Assembly: GCA_002269645.1 (NCBI GenBank)
Contig: NIVC01002533.1
Location: 62,001 to 126,000 of the forward strand
Reading direction: 5' to 3'
Length of the DNA: 64,000 nt
Source of the DNA: Macrostomum lignano
Taxonomy: Eukaryota
The notes beneath the pieces were generated by a model. It did not search any database, had not been told where the DNA came from, and worked only from the letters and a program-made list of their open reading frames with translations. Shown here piece after piece: positions 59,201 through 64,000 of this stretch. Every line of letters begins with the position of its first letter. The first letter of the stretch is position 1. A program made the translations under genes and the position numbers.

Positions 59201-60261
59201 TTTTAACAATATTACTTGAGCTGTTTGACTTTATAGGCCAACTCAAGAGTTTTTTTAAACAAAACTTTCCACTTGTACACAGGGCCTCCCATCATAGAGC
59301 CCCACCCACTCGCCCTAGACAAAGCCTACCCTACTCCTAAACAAACAACACCTACCCTCAAATATACGCAGGGCCTTCCCTCAAAAGCCCACTCCACTCC
59401 CCCCTAGACAATTCCTGCCCCCAGATGTACGCAAGGCCTCCCGTCATAAACCCCCACCCCACTCCCCCTAGACAATTACTACCCCCAGATGTACGCAGGA
59501 CCTCTCCACATAACCCCCCGCCCCATTTCCCCTATTCAATTACTGCCCCCAGATGTAACGCAGGGCCTCCCTTCATAAACCCCCGCCCCACTCCCCCTAG
59601 TCAATTACTGCCCCCAGATGTACGCAGGGCCTCCCCTCATAAAACCCCCGCCCCACTCCCCCTAGAGTGAGCCAATCAGCGCCAATTGTTACACAGAGAG
59701 CCTCTCGCACAAGCCTCTACTCCCTCTACAGTTATCTTCCTTATCTTCCAACCACAGCAAACACGCCTAAACTTACTCAGTTTTTATTGTGCTAGAACCC
59801 ACCCTTTCCCCAATAAAAACTACGCAGAAAACAACCAACGCAGCCGGGCCTTCAGCCGGGAGAGCGTCGGTCGGCTACTACTAACAGTAGAGCAGGGCTA
59901 CTCATTGAAGGTTGGCAATCTGGGCGGTGACAACAAAAGCGACCCGTACGCCGAAGTTTCACTAGGCTCGCAACGCCAGTGCACCGAAGTGATTAGAGCT
60001 ACGCTAAATCCGGTGTGGAACAAAGCAATGCAATTTCACATTGCCGACCCCAACGAGGACGTCCTATCCATCACTGTGTACGATCGTGATTTCTTTTCGC
60101 CGAACACTTTCCTAGGCCGAGCCGAACTGCGCATTGCCGATGTGGCCAAAGACTTGGCTAAAGCGAAGCACGGGCCAATCACAAAACGATTGCGATTGTC
60201 CGAGGTTGACACTGGCGAGGTCCAGATTAAGCTGGACTTGCAGATGCACGGCTCGCATTGA
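34250..60261 (+). CDS. ITSN1: Intersectin, long form (EH-EH-coiled coil-5xSH3-DH-PH-C2), 12 exons
   Basis: Exons: 34250-34486, 35140-35442, 36004-36435, 37149-37559, 37883-38043, 38759-39499, 39888-40525, 41385-42130, 46669-46965, 47877-48275, 49238-49715, 59828-60261, all GT-AG with consistent phases. Domain motifs match intersectin throughout (e.g. [55 protein letters not shown]). The ITSN1 versus ITSN2 distinction is vertebrate-specific. Confidence 0.95.
34500..35072. repeat. G-rich ~40-bp degenerate minisatellite
   Basis: ctctttgaagttctaggcgggagtgggg...gcggcgg units. Confidence 0.85.
35140..35442 (+). CDS. ITSN1: Intersectin exon 2 (linker, start of EH2)
   Basis: [10 protein letters not shown]...DWSVP...[24 protein letters not shown]. 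Confidence 0.9.
35545..35990. repeat. ~31-bp degenerate minisatellite (CTAACACCCCCTCTCTAACCAGTTGGTATGT)
   Basis: Intronic. Confidence 0.8.
36004..36435 (+). CDS. ITSN1: Intersectin exon 3 (end of EH2, start of coiled coil)
   Basis: [23 protein letters not shown]...[21 protein letters not shown]. Confidence 0.92.
36548..37050. repeat. 20-bp minisatellite (CATAAGGTCAGAAAGGGTCA)n
   Basis: Intronic. Confidence 0.9.
37149..37559 (+). CDS. ITSN1: Intersectin exon 4 (KERLQ coiled coil)
   Basis: [23 protein letters not shown]...; cacag| and CAG|gtgcgt. Confidence 0.9.
37883..38043 (+). CDS. ITSN1: Intersectin exon 5 (coiled coil)
   Basis: ttccag|GTT GAT ... GCC AA|gtaatt; below the ORF-track length cut-off; phase 0 to 2. 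Confidence 0.85.
38195..38718. repeat. 24-bp minisatellite (CAGATTAGATTGCAGATTGCTACA)n
   Basis: About 21 units. Confidence 0.95.
38759..39499 (+). CDS. ITSN1: Intersectin exon 6 (coiled-coil end, start of SH3A)
   Basis: [21 protein letters not shown]...SWLFAR. Confidence 0.9.
39535..39805. repeat. 20-bp minisatellite (GTACTCAGATAGACACTTAG)n
   Basis: Intronic. Confidence 0.9.
39888..40525 (+). CDS. ITSN1: Intersectin exon 7 (end of SH3A, SH3B, SH3C)
   Basis: GLVPRNYV; ELSLTIG...WLFG...GWFPSGCV; [14 protein letters not shown]...WWEG...GIFPANFV. Confidence 0.92.
40556..41265. repeat. (TGTC)n compound microsatellite
   Basis: Direct reading. Confidence 0.95.
41385..42130 (+). CDS. ITSN1: Intersectin exon 8 (SH3D, start of SH3E)
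   Basis: [18 protein letters not shown]...GWWNGE...IGWFPASY; [19 protein letters not shown]. Confidence 0.92.
42395..42860. repeat. 28-bp minisatellite (GAGTGACATTATGGGAGTGCCATTTYYA) plus a ~64-bp duplication
   Basis: Intronic. Confidence 0.85.
43449..44719. repeat. 31-bp minisatellite (CCACCCTCCCAGACTCTCCAGTGGGGTTATG)n
   Basis: About 41 units; the 31-aa-periodic ORFs in all three frames reflect the 31-bp unit. Confidence 0.97.
45370..46530. repeat. 24-bp purine-rich minisatellite (GTAGATAGACAAGGGAGAGATTGG)n
   Basis: About 48 units. Confidence 0.97.
46669..46965 (+). CDS. ITSN1: Intersectin exon 9 (end of SH3E, start of DH)
   Basis: DEPDWHRG...[10 protein letters not shown]...[16 protein letters not shown]...IFLNW. 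Confidence 0.92.
47022..47850. repeat. 20-bp minisatellite (GATTATCGTGTGTCTGTATG)n
   Basis: About 41 units. Confidence 0.97.
47877..48275 (+). CDS. ITSN1: Intersectin exon 10 (DH)
   Basis: IGDIML...YVRFC...[26 protein letters not shown]...[16 protein letters not shown]. Confidence 0.95.
48300..49150. repeat. (GAGT)-based ~20-bp minisatellite (GAATGAGGGAGCGAGTGAGT)n
   Basis: Intronic. Confidence 0.95.
49238..49715 (+). CDS. ITSN1: Intersectin exon 11 (PH)
   Basis: [22 protein letters not shown]...LFNDFLLLT...[11 protein letters not shown]...RDRWKDRL; ACT G|gtgagg. Confidence 0.95.
49950..50346. repeat. C/T-rich (ATCCCCTCTY)n tract, resumes at 52533-52590 after the insertion
   Basis: Same repeat on both sides of the 50347-52532 insertion. 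Confidence 0.85.
51084..51945 (-). mobile_element. Nested retroposon-like insertion B (862 bp)
   Basis: Exact 26-bp direct repeat agcacctgaaccctaaacccggggct at 51058-51083 and 51946-51971; (AACT)4 run, i.e. a minus-strand (TTAG)n-type tail, abuts the left copy. Confidence 0.65.
52199..52354. repeat. ~156-bp imperfect palindrome centred on agtcacgtgact
   Basis: Arms gcgcaaccttgggattcactcggccgtttctattggcggcacacacatgtgggtcgctattgg and ccaatagcgacttacatgtgtgtgttgccagtagaagcggccgggtgattcccaaagttgcgc are reverse complements with scattered mismatches. Confidence 0.85.
52803..52811 (+). CDS. ITSN1: Candidate 9-nt intersectin microexon (GAAGATTTG)
   Basis: Long polypyrimidine tract ...ttttctctttttttaattccag|gaagatttg|gtaaga; frame-preserving in the phase-1 last intron (adds GRF). 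Confidence 0.45.
53201..56885. repeat. 56-bp satellite array (~66 units), each unit with an internal inverted repeat
   Basis: Unit tgactgcttgtgatcccattcttccccaaatgggatttcaatcagtagctcccata; atcccatt/aatgggat stem. Confidence 0.97.
57598..57673. repeat. Degenerate CCCTAA/CCCTAC (telomere-like) short tract
   Basis: ccctaccc...ctaaccctac...ccctaacc. Confidence 0.5.
58141..58465 (+). mobile_element. SINE family A, full length
   Basis: gggggccgtagcccagtggt...ggcttgattccaagtgcagtca...cctgcctct; colinear with 26616-26981 apart from indels. Confidence 0.85.
59278..59670. repeat. ~60-bp C-rich degenerate minisatellite
   Basis: cccactccccctag...cccccagatgtacgcagggcctccc units. Confidence 0.8.
59828..60261 (+). 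CDS. ITSN1: Intersectin last exon (C2 domain)
   Basis: tacgcag|AA AAC; [11 protein letters not shown]...[11 protein letters not shown]...TLNPVWN...[17 protein letters not shown]...[11 protein letters not shown], stop TGA. Confidence 0.95.
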
Positions 60262-60487
60262 TCTTGTTTGTTTATTTCTTTTATTCAATTCAGTCACTGC
60301 AAAATTTCTTTTTAATATGTATTAGTACATATTCTGGCTACTTATAGTAGTTCTATATACATGCGTATCTCTGTCTATCTTGTCACACTTGTTTGTTTAT
60401 GAATCTGTATGAATATGAGAAAAAAATAAGAGAGCTAAGTATTGCGCCTTGTGTTGACAAGCGGAAAATTTCTTTACTGTATACTAG

Positions 60488-60810
60488 CCCCCGCCCGACC
60501 CCCTTCCCCCTAATGTACACTCGGCCCCCAACCCCTTCCCCCTAATGTACACTCGGCCCCCAACCCCCTTCTCCCTAATGTACATTCCGCCCCCGACCCC
60601 CTTCCCCCTAATGTACACTCGGCCCCCCAACCCCTTCCCCCTAATGTACACTTGGCCCCCAACCCCTTTCCCCTAATGTACATTCCGCCCCCGACCCCCT
60701 TCCCCCTAATGTACACTCGGCCCCCAAACCCCTTGCCCTAATGTACATTCGGCCCCCCCAACCAACCCCTTCCCCCTAGTGTACACTCGGCCCCGCCCAA
60801 CCCCCTTAAT
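60488..60810. repeat. ~32-bp C-rich minisatellite (CCCCTAATGTACACTCGGCCCCCAACCCCTTC)
   Basis: Downstream of the ITSN stop. Confidence 0.85.
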
Positions 60811-61436
60811 GACTAATCTTTGTCAGTTGTTTTGCAGGCTCTCAGTTCCAACGAATATTATTTTTATCCTTTCATTTTCATTATTTAAGTATTGAAGTGT
60901 TGTTATTGTTAGTTATTAAGCTTTCCTATGAGCCCAGCGCTACCAATAATACTATATATAATATTATATGTTACCTTAAATTTTTACAGACTTGTAATAG
61001 AGGCTATGTCATTTGAAAGTTACCTGATTTCTAGTTGTAGCTTATAATATGCAGTACACACAAACTTAGACCAGATTTGAACTGAGTCTGAGAAGCTTAT
61101 GCTGAACTTTCCTGGAATTTCAAATTTCGTTCCCCTCCTCCCTGTCTCGATCGTTTTAATTGATTCTTCTTAATCACCTATTTTTCCGCTTAGATTATGC
61201 ACTTTTTAATTTAAAAAATGAAGTGTTTCGTGATTTCCAGTTTTTTATAAACTCCTTATTTACACCTGTTTATTATTATTGTTTGCTTCTGCGGGAATTA
61301 TTATTGCTTAAATCTGCTGAATTTTTGTTTTAAAAGTAATTTGCTCTGGTATATATATCGTTTTGGATCTTTTGTTTAGTTAGAGGGGCTTGTCGTAGCT
61401 CTTGAATTAATTATCCTATCCAGCTTTTACTACTAG

Positions 61437-62035
61437 TTGTACACTCGTCCCTTAGCCCAACCCCCTACCCCTGATGTACACTCGTCCCTTAGCCCAACCC
61501 CCTATCTCTTATGTACACTCGTCCCTTAGCCCAACCCCCTACCCCTGATGTACACTCGTCCCTTAGCCCAACCCCCTACCCCTTATGTACACTCGTCCCT
61601 TAGCCCAACCCCCTACCCCTTATGTACACTCGTCCCTTAGCCCAACCCCCTACCCCTTATGTACACTCGTCCCTTAGCCCAACCCCCTACCTCTTATGTA
61701 CACTCGTCCCTTAGCCCAACCCCCTACCTCTTATGTACACTCGTCCCTTAGCCCAACCCCCTACCTCTTATGTACACTCGTCCCTTAGCCCAACCCCCTA
61801 CCCCTTATGTACACTCGTCCCTTAGCCCAACCCCCTACCTCTTATGTACACTCGTCCCTTAGCCCAACCCCCTACCTCTTATGTACACTCGTCCCTTAGC
61901 CCAACCCCCTACCTCTTATGTACACTCGTCCCTTAGCCCAACCCCCTACCCCTTATGTACACTCGTCCCTTAGCCCAACCCCCTACCCCTGATGTACACT
62001 CGTCCCTTAGCCCAACCCCCTACCTCTAATGTGCA
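61437..62035. repeat. 37-bp minisatellite (TGTACACTCGTCCCTTAGCCCAACCCCCTACCYCTTA)n
   Basis: 16 units. Confidence 0.95.
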
Positions 62036-62708
62036 CGTTTGTCCCCGCCCATTCTTGTAATATGCTTAAAATTCAAGAAACTTGAAAGTAGTCGGTTTGG
62101 TTAATGTTAAATAAGTATATCGATGTTGTTTTGTCATTAATAAATTAAGCTAATAATTGATCATTATTATAAATACTAATTTAGCTTGCTCCTTGCTCTT
62201 TAGGTTTTAAAAACTTATTAATTGTCAGTTTGTCTCTAGGATTTTTTAATTAAAGAACTCAGCTTCCAAGTTATAATTATAATTATAATTATAATTATCT
62301 TTTTTAATCCTTGGCTACTTTCAAGAATGTTATGTGTACTGCTAGACTAAGTTTTGTTAATCCTTGCAATCATCATTATTGAAAATTTACCTGTGCTGAC
62401 AAAATATTGATATGATTGCAGTCAATTGTTGTTATAATTAAAAATTGCTACTTGCCGCGTATTCAAAGAGCGCAGCGACTTAGTTCGTCTTGTTGAGCCT
62501 ATTGAATAAAAGTTGATTGGCTATGACGTCATTATTTTATTACGTCTATTTTTCAGCTTGTATGCTCAATTTTCAATGAACCGGTGTTGTTTTTGGTATT
62601 TAAAATTTAATTTTTTTAGCTCGTGTTTTATAAGTAGCAATATATTTTCCTTCATGACTTGGGATTGCGCTGCATCCATACGAGTATCTAGCGCATATCT
62701 GTTCGGCA

Positions 62709-62845
62709 GATGTGCAACCGACAGCTCAGCCGCAGCTATTGCGCGGCGCATCTGAAGGCTGCGTACGGCTGTTCAGTCCAAGGACTGGGGGGTCGCCACG
62801 CACACCCTCAATTATCCCAGCTACTGCTGGCACCCATTTTACAGC
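62709..62845 (-). mobile_element. SINE family B, 3' fragment
   Basis: tgcaaccgacagctcagccgcagctattgcgc...gctggcacccattttacagc matches 16.22-16.36 kb. Confidence 0.85.
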
Positions 62846-63519
62846 CTCGCTGTGACGCTGTCGCTTTCACAAGACCGAATATTTTACTGAATATAACTGC
62901 CTTCACAATGCTGAAATTTTGTTCCTTTCAAGTAGATAAGAGATATTCGGGTACATATTTTAACTAGGAAGATACATGCATTCTAACTGAATCTATTGTT
63001 AATTTATTGAGCACAGCAGCTGGCTCTCACCGAAGTGTTAGCGGTTGCTTGTTGCAGCTCAACAGGCATACCGGCAGAGTTCAGAGCAGCCGTTGTCAGG
63101 GCAACCCTGTAGTAGGTGAATCTGCAGTTTCTTCAATTCCATGGCTAATTATTAATTATTATAATTATAGTTCTCTTGGGCTATTTTAACATCTTTTTAT
63201 GATAGTTCCCAAAATCTCGAAAATAGTTTTTCAATGCTCGATCGAAAAGATGAAATTTCTTGTATAGAAGCTGAAGAAAATTTTCTTCTGTGTCGGCAAA
63301 AGAGATAAAGCATCAAAAGGTGACGATTTATATATAAACATGTAATCGCCATGGTTGCGTAAGACTGACGATCGACGAACTAAAAATAAAAAGCTAATTC
63401 GACTGTTTCTTGTTTTTCAAAAAAGGCAGCAGCAGACGGGACTACAATGTTACGAACACTTACGATTGCTGTTTTTCCTCGCTAGGATTATAAAGTATAC
63501 ACCGCACTGCTGCTGCAGC

Positions 63520-64000
63520 TATCCCAGCAACTGAGGATCTGGGAGGCTGGCGCAGCGACTGATGAGGATCTGGGAGGCTGGCGCAGCGACTGATGAGGAT
63601 CTGGGAGGCTGGCCCAGCGACTGATGAGGATCTGGGAGGCTGGCCAAGTGACTGATGAGGATCTGGGAGGCGGGCCCAGCGACTGATGAGGATCTGGGAG
63701 GCTGGCCCAGCGACTGATGAGGATCTGGGAGGCTGGCCAAGTGACTGATGAGGATCTGGGAGGCTGGCGCAGCGACTGATGAGGATCTGGGAGGCTGGCC
63801 AAGTGACTGATGAGGATCTGGGAGGCGGGCCCAGCGACTGATGAGGATCTGGGAGGCTGGCCAAGTGACTGATGAGGATCTGGGAGGCTGGCCAAGTGAC
63901 TGATGAGGATCTGGGAGGCGGGCCCAGCGACTGATGAGGATCTGGGAGGCTGGCCCAGCGACTGATGAGGATCTGGGAGGCTGGCCCAGCGACTGATGAG
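63520..64000. repeat. 31-bp minisatellite (GATCTGGGAGGCTGGCCCAGCGACTGATGAG)n, runs off the right edge
   Basis: About 15 units; its reverse complement shares the core gggccagcctcccagatcctca with the 20.1-kb array. Confidence 0.95.

Noticed and set aside
63030-63530. Possible 5' exons of a minus-strand gene (donors gtaagt near 63461 and gtatgc/gtgaga near 63030-63070; ATG near 63143)
   Set aside because: Splice-like signals exist, but no frame could be linked to a recognisable protein or to downstream exons.
63520-64000. CTGATGAG in every 31-bp unit, resembling a hammerhead core
   Set aside because: No GAAA or stem II/III in the unit, so it cannot form a hammerhead.

Overview
Eukaryotic (metazoan) genomic DNA, probably a Macrostomum-type free-living flatworm. 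That assignment is inferred from the minisatellite-filled introns and from a terminal sequence resembling the M. lignano spliced leader as I recall it. Four spliced protein-coding genes are present. (1) A minus-strand ankyrin-repeat gene runs off the left edge and is missed by the ORF track. (2) FAM135 (13.9-27.8 kb, +) has two duplicated, apparently alternative 77-nt first coding exons. (3) A two-exon Na+/K+-ATPase beta subunit lies at 30.2-32.5 kb (+). (4) A complete long-form intersectin (2 EH, coiled coil, 5 SH3, DH, PH, C2; 34.2-60.3 kb, +) has a candidate 9-nt microexon. Almost every intron holds its own minisatellite. Mobile DNA includes an internally deleted mariner, two tRNA-derived SINE families, and a 297-bp TIR element with an 8-bp TSD that carries a 28S rRNA fragment altered at the R2/I-PpoI target site. 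It also includes a 2.2-kb non-coding retroposon-like insertion (11-bp TSD, AAC tail, spliced-leader-like 5' end) with a second element nested inside it (26-bp TSD). A CpG-depleted domain at about 6.8-13.1 kb and CpG-specific decay of a MITE copy suggest past cytosine methylation. Exon boundaries were derived by hand from GT/AG sites and phase consistency, and repeat boundaries are approximate. No database searches were run.
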